From NCBI GenBank assembly GCA_029717555.1, contig JAMDHS010000003.1, positions 372,001 to 436,000 of the forward strand: a DNA stretch of 64,000 bases, read 5' to 3'. The DNA comes from Peribolospora baueri (taxonomy: Eukaryota). Below are positions 1-11,765 of the stretch, piece after piece; the first letter of the stretch is position 1, and the number at the start of each line of letters is the position of its first letter. A program made the position numbers and the translations under genes. The notes below the pieces were generated by a model. That model was given only the letters and a program-made list of their open reading frames with translations, made no database searches and was not told the origin of the DNA.

Positions 1-52
1 GCGCGATGAGGATGAGGGAGAGAGAGCGTCGTCGGTCGGCAGCTGCGTCTTT

Positions 53-1044
53 CTACGGTTCGGGAACGAAGACGCCGACGAAGCAGTTGTCTATGAGCGA
101 GTCTACGTTGATCCAGGAGTGCGTGAGCACTGCGCGAAAGCGAGCCGTGCGGCGGGAGGAGGAGGAAGAACGACTTGTCAGCACGTTTGCTCTCTCATCC
201 CCGTTGAAACCCCAAGACCGTCGTGGACATACCGGACCGGCTGAGAAGCGAGCGACTCAACTCACTGAACAACCTCGTCCCGTCCCTGCCAGCGACTCGC
301 ATCAGCTCCTTCACACCGCCAGGGTGGAACTTTAGGTAGGGCGCAATGTTGTACACCTTGCCGTGGATGGCCGTCCAGGCGTCCTCTTCCAATTTGTGCT
401 TTGCCAGGTCGGAAGGAGTGATTCGGAGGGGGGTGGTTATGCCGCCCTGAGGTTGAATTAGGGGGTGGGGTGAGCGATGAGAGACGAAGCGAGTTGGAGG
501 GACGGTCGGGAAGAAGGAGAGTGGCGCTGTATGTACGCACCCTCAAATCCGTTCCGGAGCTCTTCAGCCTCGCCCAATCTAGCGGACTGCAACCGGGCTC
601 CAGCGCCACCTTTTGCCTCGCCTTTTTTGGCTTGGCTTGCGTCGAGAGCGGAACTCCCAGATACGCGGAGGAAGATTTGGTCCGGGGGGCAGATAGCAGG
701 CCCGATGACGGCGACAGAGAGGAGGACGAAGCTGGCGGCGGCGGCGGGCGCATGGCGGAGGCGGGTTCGGACCAAGGGCGAGAGGAGGCAGATGCGGAGG
801 CGGAGGCGGGGGTCGTGGAAGTGGAAGTGGAAGTGGAAGTGGGGGAGGCGAGTTGAAGGTTGAGCGTGGCCGCGAGACTGCTCGCCGTCACTGCCGCCGG
901 CCTTGCCGCCGCTGATGGCTTTGATCGCTGAGCGCTGTCCGGCGCTGGAAAAGCTGGCGGAGTGTCGTCATGATCGTCAGTGGGTGTGTCTGGAGGGCTT
1001 TGCTGTGGGGAGGGAGAAGAGATTGAGGTGGAAGGGGGAGACAT
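53..1044 (-). CDS. Cytochrome b5-like heme-binding domain protein (Irc21/CYB5R4 N-terminal-like), 3 exons
   Basis: Spliced translation: S/P-rich N-terminus, RQKVALEPGCSPLDWARL | ITPSDLAKHKLEEDAWTAIHGKVYNIAPYLKFHPGGVKELMRVAGRDGTRLF | LTHSWINVDSLIDNCFVG-stop. Has the HPGG heme motif and GT-AG introns at ~540-449 and ~264-130. Confidence 0.9.
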
Positions 1045-1466
1045 GGTACGGCCAAGAGCGAGGTGGAGGTGAGCAAGACGAACGAACGGAACGGCGCCTT
1101 CCTTCGTCTTTCGTCGCCGACGTTCGTGATCGGCGGCCAGCGCGGACCCGCAGCTGATCACTGCGACGAAGTGCAAGACCAGCCTAGCCAGACGTCGACG
1201 ACGTCAGCCACTTGAGCTACGACCACGATCATCGTCTGCTTGCCTACTTGCTCGCCTGCCTCCGTCTGTCCCCCACTCGACCGCCCCTCTGCCGCCGCCG
1301 CTGCCTTTGCTTATCCACGTCGCAACCAGCGTCCCTCGCACCGAACACTAACGTCCACCACCTTCGCGTTCGACAACACACATCCGCGACTCCTACTCTA
1401 CGCCCCTGTGCGTAGGTACGTCCATACACCTGGCCGCCGGCGGTCCGGACTCCGACCCTTCCAGCC

Positions 1467-3961
1467 ATGTCGCCCTTTCACGGACTCCACCATGCCTTTC
1501 ACAAGTGGTTCAAGGAGGTGAGCCGCCGCTCCGCCCGTCTTTTTCCACCTCCCTCCCCTTTCGCCTTTCCAATCGGCTCCAGCGCATACCTGGCTCGTCT
1601 GACCGTCGACCCGTCCCGAACATCCCACTGTCGTTTCCTCCACCCCTTCTTCAGACCGATGACACGGGTCTCCCCGCCCTGCCGCACAAACTGGCCCACA
1701 AATACCGCGTGTTGGAGGCCACGCTCGGCCAGGGCTCCTTCGCGGTGGTCAAGCCGGTGGTCTTGAAAGAGACGGGCGAGGAGAGGGCGCTCAAGGTGAT
1801 CGCTAAAAAGCCTCTCAAGGAGAGCAATGAGAAGATGCTCAAGGAGGAGATACGCATCCTCGAGAGAGTTCACCATCCGAACGTCATTAGGATGTACGAC
1901 GTCGGAGAGACCAAGGAGGCTGGTGAGCGCTGTCGCCTTGCTTCCCCCTCCGCACTCGTTCTCATCCCGTACTTTCCCTCTACAGTGTTCATCATAACTG
2001 ATATCTGCAGAGGAGGCGAGCTCTTTGACCGCCTGGTCGAGAAGACGCACTACAACGAGATCGACGCCCGACGGATCATGCGGCAAATCTTCAGTGGCGT
2101 CGACTATTTGCATCGACAGGGGATCATCCATAGGGACCTGAAGGTGAGCCTTTTGGAGCTTCGAGGTTGGGACGGCGGAAGGAGAGGATGGGGTCGGACG
2201 AGGGAGTCCCACGGTCCCTCTAGAGCGTCGGTCATCACGAACACCTCCCTCCTCCCTTTTTCTTCTTCCTCCCGCTTTTCCTCCCTCGCCCCTTTCCGCC
2301 ATTCTCACAGCCTGAGAACATTCTTCTCCGACACGAGTCGGACGACTCTGAGATTGTCATCTCCGACTTTGGCCTCTCCAGGATCCTCCCCGACGACGGG
2401 CTTTTGAGCACCGCTTGCGGAAGTCCTCAGTATGGTGAGCTTTGTCCTTTGGACTGGCGTAGAGCGTAGAGGGCCGTGACATCGAGGCTAAGGTGGAGGG
2501 TGGAGCGGAGCGATGACTGACGTCATGTTTCATGTTTCTCCGATCCCGCTGCCTTCCCTTCCTTTTCCCTCCGCTCTTCCCCCTTCCAGTCTCCCCCGAA
2601 GTGCTCCTTGGACACGGCTACGGCCCGGCCGTGGACACGTGGTCCGCCGGCGTGATCGCGTACTGCTTGCTGGGCGGATAGTGAGTTCCCGACGCTGGGC
2701 TGAACGATGGGTGGTTCGGTCCGTACTGCGTGTCGGCCGTCCAAGGCGCTAATTTGAATCGACGGCTCGGTTTCCTACTCGGCGTCAGCTCCCCCTTCTA
2801 GTGAGTCTTTCCTTTCATCACTCCTTCGGCTTCGCCCTTCCGTCGCCCTCATCTATTTTTTCTCGCCCTTTCCTTGCAGCGGAGAAGACCAGCCGACACT
2901 ATTCCAGAACATCGTGGATATGAAATACGAATTTGAGGAAGAGGTGCGTGTCGCGGGCCCGTGGCATGCGTCGGTTCAGGACGTGGAAAAGCATGTCACC
3001 TCATGTCTTGCCTCCCTTCCTTTCCCACGCGTGCAGTACTGGTCGGACATCTCTGAGGAGGCCAAGGGTGTGTTTTTTCTTCCCTCCTCATTCGTCCCGT
3101 GTCGAAGAAGGAGACGGAGACGTGGGCCGCGGCCGTGCACAGTCTTCCCGAGTCCGCAAATCGGATCTTTTCGACGCTAACGAATGCCTCCCCTTGCGCC
3201 TCCCCTCCTGTCTCCCTTTTGCAACAGACTTCATCTCCCGCTGCCTCTCCCCGGCCAACGTGCGCATGTCGCCCGAGGAAGCGCTGAACCACCCTTGGCT
3301 GCACGAAGAGAAGGTGCACTCTCCGGACGCCCCAAAGGGCACCTCGCTGACGGGGGCGAGGATGGAGAGGATGAAGGGCGGCAAAGAAAAGTTGAAGGGT
3401 ACGGTCGATGTCGTCGAGGTGAGTGGGGGTTCAGCAGGGAACTTGGTGGGGGCGGATCGTTCTTGGCTCGGCTTGGCTCGTCTGCTCTGCTTTTCGCTGC
3501 TCTACGTCGGTTCGGTGCTGATGCGGTACGATCCCCGTCTTCGCCTCCCTTCTCGTCCCCATCAGTCCATCCACTACCTCCAACGCCTCGCGTCCCTCCG
3601 AGCACGCCATGGCGCCCAACCGGAACGACTGAAGCGTCTCAAAGCGCTTGCGGTCATGCTAGGCCGCGGCGGGGCGCCTGTGCCCGCAGCGGATGGGCAG
3701 CCGACGCTTGTGCCCCCGGGATGGGAGAAGGACGGCGACGAGGCGAAGGTGGAACATCGGGAAGGAGAGAATGGGGGCGAGGAGGCCGCGGAGGGGGAGA
3801 AGGAGAAGGAGAAACTGGGCGTTGCGATGCCTGGAGGGGCGGCGGTCAGTACGGAGACCATCATGGCTGGCCTTGGCCATCTCAAGGTCAGCGACGAGAA
3901 GGATGCGGGCGTCGAGGGGGAGCAGCGAGACGGCGAGCATACATCGCGTGTGTCAGCTTGA
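1467..3961 (+). CDS. Ca2+/calmodulin-dependent (CAMK1/CMK-like) Ser/Thr protein kinase, multi-exon
   Basis: Kinase motifs joined across GT-AG introns: LGQGSFAVVK, ALKVIAKK, GGELFDRL, IIHRDLK|PEN, ISDFGLS, TACGSPQY, VDTWSAGVI, YWSDISEEAK, EALNHPWL. The start at 1467 (MSPFHG...WFKE|TDDTG) fits the splice phase. Confidence 0.9.
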
Positions 3962-4511
3962 AAGAGGGCGGAGGGCGGCTTGGTTTGGTTTGGTTTGCTT
4001 TAGTTTGGTTCGGTTTGATTTTACGCACTGCTCTTCTTGTCAGCTTTCGTTCTCGGTCGGTCCGCAAGGACGTTCCTTCCTTCCCGGGCGGCGTGCCGTG
4101 TGCCGCATACACATACCGTAGACGCATATATAGACGATTCACGAGACCCGTTAATGCCGCCTCTTTCACCTCTCCCTCCTCCGTGCCTTTTTCCATCCTT
4201 CTCCCATTTTACCATCTCGCCTCGGACAAGTCTTTCTTTCTTTCCTCCACTACTCTCACCGAGCCGTCGAGCTCTATCCCACGATCCCCACGACCGGCGC
4301 ACCCTCTCCTCTATCTCTCCGTCCCATGTTTACCGTCGTCTTCCTGTACCTCTTTCTCTCTCTACTCCTTCATATGCCTCTTCCGCCGTATTGGATCACC
4401 ACCTCGCCCAAGCCGACGGAGGATCGTGCGTGATGCGATGCGATACGATAGGGACAGACTGGAAGCGAGCAAGTCCCGCTCGAACCATTGACAACGCATC
4501 CACGCTCCGCC

Positions 4512-4548
4512 TTTTTTTTTTTTTTTTTTTTTTTTTCGTTTTTTTTTT
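4512..4548. repeat. Poly(T) tract between the convergent kinase and COX5 3' ends
   Basis: About 25 consecutive T, then CG and a further T run. Confidence 0.9.
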
Positions 4549-5195
4549 GTTACGCCGCCTAGACTCGGTCCCTGCCGCGCACAGGTCCGTATGGAAGCGT
4601 TGGGGGGAACGAGGACGAGGACGTGCGCATCAAGTCCATCCCTGTCCGGTCCGTCCGCCCACACGTCCCCAGCTCGCGCTCGACCAAAGCCCCCGCCTCG
4701 AAGCTCACCTCCGCTCCGCTCGCGACCTTTTCGACTGTGTTCGGTCTCCGACGGCCGCACTTCTATCCACGTCAACCGTCAGTGACCACCGGGCGAAGGA
4801 AGAAGGAAGCAAAGCCCGATCACCATTTTTTTTTCCCGTTCGTCGCGGCCTTCGTCCCCCGATCGTCCGTCCGCTTGCCAAATCAGGTCGGCGGACCGAG
4901 ACGCGGACGCTGAGCGTCTTCCCAACCTTCCCGCAAACCAGCATCGATCCCATCACATCATATCGAATGCGGAAGCGATCGGCTCTTCCCCACAAAAAGA
5001 AAGAGACGAAAGAGGAGCGACGGGACCGCGGATGACTTGCTTTTGGTTGCAGCAATGTACGTACGTGTCGTATTATGCAGACGAGCGAGCGAGCAGGCGA
5101 GCCACAGGCCGCATGGCCGGAAGGAGGGAAGAGGCGGAAAGGGAGTGGGGACGGAGATAAAAAGGAGAGAAGAGAGAAAGACGAGGATGATATGT

Positions 5196-6230
5196 CTAAG
5201 CGTTGAAACCCGAGCCCTTGTAGCCTTCCGAGGCAATGCCTATTGTGAGGGGGGAGATGGAGAAACGAGTGAGTGCACGTCGTCCGTGAAATTATCGAGC
5301 AAGACTCCAAGGCCAGCGTCGTCCGGATCGCACTAGACGACTCCAACGGCGATCGCCGTCCGCTGCCAACCACTTGGCTGAGGGGATCGGGTTGGAAAAC
5401 GAGGGATGGCTCACCGCTGATGGGGTCCATCTTCTGCTCCCGGGCCATCTCGTTGGAGGCCTCCTGCCACTCGGAAGTCATCGTCTTGGGCTTCTCCTGA
5501 GCTGTGACATGGGAAGAGAAGAAGAGAATCAAAACGACTATTCGACGTGACGGTGCCAGACAGAAGCAAATCGGTCGCAAGGGCGAATGCCGACTGCCCT
5601 GCACGACCGATAAGGGCGAGGAAAGATGGAAGGCGGCCAAAATACACACCGAAGCTCCTGATGGTGAGGAAGAGCGCGGCGGTAGTGGCGAGGCAGGCTG
5701 CGACGCCGAAAGCCGTCTTCACGCCGGTGCCCGGACCGACGTGGGGCGCACGAGGACCGTGGGGTCCGAAGGAGACAAAATAAGCTAGGGAGACGAGGGT
5801 ATGGAAATGCGCCTAGATCAGTCAAGCCCTCCATGCAAGGAACTTTGCCAATAGACATGAATTGGAGTTGACGGCGGAGCCCATCCTTGCGGGCTGTCGA
5901 AAAGTTGGTGGAAAGGGAGAGAGAGAACTCACCAGCCCTCTTCTCCTCGGAGGAGAGCTCCTTCCAGTCCTTCTTCTGAAGCTCTTCGAGGGTCTTGAAA
6001 ACGTTGTACTGCTCCTCGGTGGAAAGGTTCTTCCACTGCGCCTCGATGTTGCTGATCAGATGTCTCGTCTCAGCAGGCGAGGCTGTGGGTGAGGAGGAAG
6101 GGGCGGAAGACGGAGGTGCGGCGGCGGCGGTGGAGGCGAGGCGCACCGAGGGAACGGCGAAGGCGCGGGCGCTCGTCGCGGGGATAGCGCGCGGCAGTGC
6201 AGTGCGAAGGGCGGCCGCGCGGACGAACAT
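5196..6230 (-). CDS. COX5: Cytochrome c oxidase subunit IV family (fungal Cox5), 4 exons
   Basis: Arg/Ala-rich mitochondrial presequence, then ISNIEAQW...ELQKKDWKELSSEEKRA|AYFVSFGPHGPR, one TM helix, PKTMTSEWQEASNE...KMDPISG|IASEGYKGSGF. Confidence 0.95.
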
Positions 6231-6929
6231 GGTGGAGGAGTGTGGATGAGTAGGAGAGCACAGACAACGGGCGGTCGGTGTTGTGGAAGAGGAAGATCGG
6301 ATGGAGGGCGGGACGATGATGATGAGGTGAGGTTAGAAGATGCGGCCGGCTTGGGATCGCCGGCCGGACGGAAGGGCAAGAGGGAGGCGGGAAGGTGAGC
6401 GGTTAAGCCGTGGGAACTTGCAACCCTACTCTCTTTCCGATCCACGCCGGCGGTCCAATAAGCGCGCGATTATTGCCGCGGCGGCGGGGCACGTGATCGG
6501 TGTCCAGCGCGCTCAGATCACTTCGACCGTCCTTGAGGACCTGCACCACCGGTCGAAGCCGTTCGACACCTGAGCGAGGAGGCCCGTGCGAGTTGCTCAT
6601 GCTTGGCTCCTTCCTTCCGAAGCAAGCGCGTCGTGTCGCGTCACGTCGAGATGGACGCCAATGAGCTCATTTTTCTTTAACATGGGAGGGTGGGGAGCCA
6701 TACTCCCTGCTCTCCTTAATCCACCTCCACCACCTTCGCCGCTTTAGTAACCCTTACCCCACGCTCTTTTCGGATACCTTTCTCTCATCTTGACCTCTTT
6801 GCATTCTCTTTTACCGCCCTTTTGGTTGCGCTGAATACGCTCTTCTACACCCTCCCCCCCTATTTCACCTTGTCTACCTTCCCATCTCCTTCCTTTAGAC
6901 ACTCTTCGATCTAAGGTCTCTTTGTCGAT

Positions 6930-8987
6930 ATGAAGTCGAAGGTGAGGAGGTTAAGGCCTTCTCGTCTTTCGATGTATACCTTGGGGCGAGTCTAGCGCAA
7001 CGCAACGCTGACCAGCTTCTGCGCTCCTCCGACATGTCTAGGCTTTCGTCCTCGTCCTCGCCCTGGTCGTGTTCGCCTTCCAGTCGGCATCTGGCATAAT
7101 CGGCGCGGACGGGCGCTCGCTCGTCGGCCGTCGTACCAAAGACTTGAGCCTTTTTCCGGAACTTCCTGTTTCGGATGAACAGACCGCGTCGTTCGACCTC
7201 ACCAAGGGAAGCGCGGACGCAGGCGGAGACCGTCTTGGTGGCGTTGTGGACGTCCCTGGTTTTGGCCCCACTCGGATGATCAAGGCGGTCAAGCAGAAAA
7301 CTGGCTTCAGCACCGGACCGAAGGGACCGTTGCTGAAAGGATCGTACACTGGCGAGCCCCAAGAGCATTTACCAAACTCTGGTTACGCCAGCGGAGGCTT
7401 CGCACACATCTCTCCTCCACCTCCTCGCGGAGTCCAGGCGATGCGCAACGAGGACGGTTTGGGGGGCCCAATTCGCCGCGTTTACGGAGTGTACGATGGC
7501 ACTGCTACCAATCAGCATCCCCATCCGACCGCATATATTCTGTCCGCACCTCGCTCCGACCGCAACCCTTCGTCTCTGGAGGAAGACGTGGCAGACAGGG
7601 ACTTGATGATACTGCCCCATTCCGAGTCGGGTATCCACCGACTGTCACCTCCTCCCCGTCCTGTGCAGTCGATCGTCAATGAAGATGGCTTCGCCGACTC
7701 GTTACACCACGTTGCGGGGAGCTACGATGGGTTCGCCCTGGCAGTCCCACCTCGGTCCGTCAAACAAGCTCCACCTTCCATTGCAGCCCCAGTCTCTCCT
7801 CCTCTCGAGGACCCGCTTCATCCCTCCGATCAAATTCCTCTCGCGCTCGAAGAGCCCGAGCCGAGAACGGTTGGGGAAGCGGACGCCGCGGCGGCTCGTC
7901 AGATGGCCGAGCGCAGTCCTGGTTCTCGTGATGCCAACTGGCAGACGTCTCCCACAGCACCCCTCGACGAGGTGTTCGAGGACACCAAGGGCATCCTCAC
8001 CTCCACCGCGCCCAATTTTGCCACTGCAGCGATCCCTGACGACGCTTTTCACGCCGACGAGGATGGCACTGATAGCAACAAGGTCTTCGTCCCTTCGCCT
8101 CCAGCGCTAGGCAAAACCGTTGTCCGCCCGCCCGCGTTGCGTCCAGTCGACCCATACTCAGCTCTGCAACCGCAGGAGCACGGGCAGGAAGGGCAGACAT
8201 CCATCATCAAGCAGCACTGGGAGGATCCTTGGACCGGCTCGTCAGATGACAGCAGGGTCGAGATGCGCAAGAGGGAGAACGAGATATTTGTTGCCCCTAC
8301 ATCTGAGATTGTCGGAACGGGACCGGAGGCGTACGTCGGCACCGCCACTGGACATGACTCCAGAGATGCGTCTGTGTGGACACAGATCCAGCCCCAGCCA
8401 GAGCCTCGTCAACTCGCCACAGGGCCTATCAGTCTCGTCGCTCCAGCAGTTCAAACCATCGATGCGGCTGAGAAGCTTGCTAATAGCGGTACCCTTCCCA
8501 TCCCTGGACTCCAGGCTCGCGACGATACGCCGCCTGCACCCCTTGTAGCTGAACCGTACGATCTCGTCGTTACGCTCAGTCCCGACGAATATCTGGTTCG
8601 CCCGTCTGGTGGTGTGGACGATCAAGGCGGATTTGGAGTGCAGAGACAGCTATTTCAGCACCCGGATTCGACGCTGGACCTGCGCCAGGTCAAGGGCGTT
8701 TTGGACGGGATTGAACCCGAGTCCATTACGGATATTGTGAAGGAGGCGACGGGCGCTGCTGTGGATGATCAAGGGTGAGTTCCGCTCTCGCTCTGGATTG
8801 CCTGCGCTGTATCCATCGTCTTGCACCGATAAAACTCTCTAGCAGCGCTCTCACTCCCCCAACGCTCACTTTCAGGGCTCTTCTTCCCCTTCCATCGATG
8901 CAAAGCAGCGGAAAGTGGCGTATAGGCGACGGAGACATCCTTTCTTTCGATATGGGCAAGGACCTCGACGGGCGTTTGGACTTTTAG
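6930..8987 (+). CDS. Orphan secreted Pro/acidic-rich protein with an internal 32-aa repeat, 3 exons
   Basis: A 12-nt first exon (ATG AAG TCG AAG, 6930-6941) and an intron 6942-7041 (GT..GCTGAC..TAG) complete the signal peptide MKSKAFVLVLALVVFAFQSASG, in frame with the 569-aa ORF. A final intron 8775-8875 leads to the stop at 8987. No family recognised. Confidence 0.75.
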
Positions 8988-9847
8988 GCAAGATTAGGTA
9001 GATAGCAGGACCGGCGTGCCGTCACCGTGTGATTTGCGACTCCCACCGGCCAAAGGCCGGGAGCTTCCACAAATGTCAACGTACTTTTGACATTATTGTT
9101 TTGGGATTTGAAATGCTCTCTCACACTTTTTGAAAGCGTTGCTACAAAATTTTGAAAATTTGAGAATCTAAAGACGCAAGTTTGGCTTCTTATTATTACT
9201 AACTAGAGGCGTACAGCCATTATCCAGCAGATGGTAGCTTCGCGCCATTGCCCGATCGGACAGGCGCAAATACCAATTATCTCAATCAACGGTTCCTCTT
9301 GTACTTAGTTGAATTGCTATTACGACGACCCTCCATCAGTAGGGTAAAACTAACCTGGGCCTGCCCAGCAGCTTCGGGCGATGTCGAGGGCGAGGAGGAC
9401 GCCCACAAGCTCCGCCCTGTAGACCTCCGTCCGCCACCGTCACATCCACCCAGTGAACACGGACTCGCGTAGTCACGAATGTTGCCGCAGTAGCTAAGTG
9501 CTGGTCGTCGCTCGAGCAATCGGCCGTTCTGCTCGTGCACCACCATCACCATCTACGTCTAGAGGCGAGGCGAAAGGTTGAGCGTCCACTCAGCGGTCAC
9601 GGACAATTGGACGGGATCCCGGCGGTGTCGTAGAGAAGCCGAGGGCTGCACTTTTGCGCGTCGGCGCTCGTCCGCGCAAAGGCACGCCAGCCATAAGCAA
9701 GCCAAGTGAGCAAAGGAAGACGGACAGGCGCCCTACTGGGATCGCTGTATCTCCATCGACCTCCTTATCCTTGCCTGCGTGCCATCGGGCCATCCCTCCA
9801 ATCACCCGCACGTCCTTCCGTCTCGAAGTATTAGAGCGAGCGTCGCC

Positions 9848-10789
9848 ATGGTTGCGGATCAGAAACTCGTCGAGGTGTCCGTACAGGCGGCAGAGGTATT
9901 CGTTAGCAGTGAGCAACTCACCTTTCGTTCTCGTCTTGCGAGACGGACAGGCCCAGAGCTGGACGTGGATCGCGTGACGGTACGGTCGCGCTCACCTCGT
10001 CTTGGGCTTTCTTTTTTTGTCTTTCATCCTGGGCTTGTTTTGAACCCTCTCGCTCCATCGTCATCAGAATACTACGCTGCATACGACTCGCCTCAACGTG
10101 CACAGGTGAGCGTCTCTACGCTGCCCCCAGCCGTGTTTTTTTGTTCCACTTATTCCACTGAACACCCACCCTCTTTCTTTCATCCAATTTTTGGCCGGCA
10201 GCTCCTCCCCAACCTCTACCGTCCCACGTCCGCCGTCGTCTGGAACGGCAACCCCATCGCTGGTATCCCGCAGTTAACTGCGTTCTTGGAGAGCATGCCG
10301 GCGACGAAACACGAAGTGCAGACGTTCGATGTACATCCGCTACCTGGTACGTCCCCACCGTGTGCATTCGTTTCTTGTTTCTCTTGCAACCATGACCCCC
10401 GCTGAGCGACATCATTGCTCGTCCTGCTTTGCATCATCCTTCTTTCTGGGCCCATCTCAGCCGCTTCTGGAGCATCAACGACTCCACCCTCGCTTATGCT
10501 CTCCGTCTCAGGTGTCGTCACCCACCTCACACCGCATATCTCAAAAGCTTATACCGTCGCAGCGGCTGCGGCGTCCGCCCCGTCTGGGGAAGGCAGGAGG
10601 GGAGGCGGTGGAGGAGGAAGAACAGCGGCGGAGCGGTTGGAGAAGGAGGTCCCGGAAAACGCCTTGCCGCGGACGTTTCAGCAGAGTTTCGTCCTCATCC
10701 CCGCCGAGCAGCAGGTCGGGCAGGGCGCCGGTTCTGGAGCGGCGACGCAATATTGGGTGCAGGCGGATACAATGAGGTTTGTAGGGTGA
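9848..10789 (+). CDS. NXT1: NTF2-related export protein (NXT1/p15-like), 4 exons
   Basis: AAEVFVS|KYYAAYDS..RAQ|LLPNLYRPTSAVVWNGNPI...MPATKHEVQTFDVHPL|...LMLSVSGVVTH...PRTFQQSFVLIP...YWVQADTMRFVG. Confidence 0.88.
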
Positions 10790-11765
10790 GCGACGGAAGG
10801 AGGCGAGGGGAGGTCGTCCTCCCTCCGATTCTGGGAATCGTACGAATACACATCTCGGAACCATCGCTGGATTTAAGCGCCCATTACACACCACAGATTT
10901 TCTTCGTCCTTTCATTAGCACATCTTCAGTCCAAGTTGGTCGGGTAGGCGAGAGGATGATAGATTGCCGGACAGCACCGAAGAGCTTCGAGGCGCGAAAG
11001 AGAACGGTCGTCGTTAACGTTATGAAAACCTGTGCAGGTTCGGATGAGGTGGATCTTCACCCCTCTCCAGTCTTGCACAACTGCCCTATCATTTGTAGAA
11101 CTTTATGCGGTCGAAGTAAAGGATGCTGTGATCATCCCTTGAGGTGTCGTAAAGGTGGTGAGCAGGGTCTACTGATGGGAGTCGTCCTCGAGCTGCCGAC
11201 CCCGTTCTATGTATGGACTTGTTGAACTAGATCAAGTAGGGGATCATCAACTGGGGGGGACCAGCCAGTCCATGGTATCAACAACCAAGTTTCCCGGACC
11301 ACCCGCTGTCTTTCACTGGCTGATATGGGCTTAGGTGCTTCTCCAAGGACATCCAATCCGACGTCGTCCCTCACCCATATCCTCAAAGCCAGCCCCCCTT
11401 CCTCATCTGGCTGCTCTGTTGTGGCCCGACGATCCCGTCCCGAACAATCTCGGCCGTCCTCGTCTTTCGACTACCTCTCGAAGCGGCTCACTGATAGAGG
11501 CCGAAGGGACGCTGTTTACACGACGCTCTCTAGACATCCATCACTACGAGCCTTTTCATGCATTCGACAGTAGCTGTTTAGACGAGTCATACACATGGAA
11601 CGAGTGACGAAAAGAAGCGCAGACTAGTGTGACGATATGGAGAAGCATAGCAAGGTGGTACGTGGCTCAAGATGGATGACGGATGAGGAACACCGACGGA
11701 TGGGCGATGCACCTCACCTCCTTTTCCTCCTCCGCCCCCTCTGCTTAAGTCGCCAGCGTCATCGC

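Noticed and set aside
815..842. (GTGGAA)n repeat as a CRISPR-like or regulatory array
   Set aside because: It is a coding microsatellite for an STSTST run, with no spacers, in a eukaryotic context.
3184..5035. 435-aa and 332-aa plus-strand ORFs
   Set aside because: They are off-frame or 3'-UTR readings that run through microsatellites and the poly(T) tract, giving low-complexity products without supported starts.
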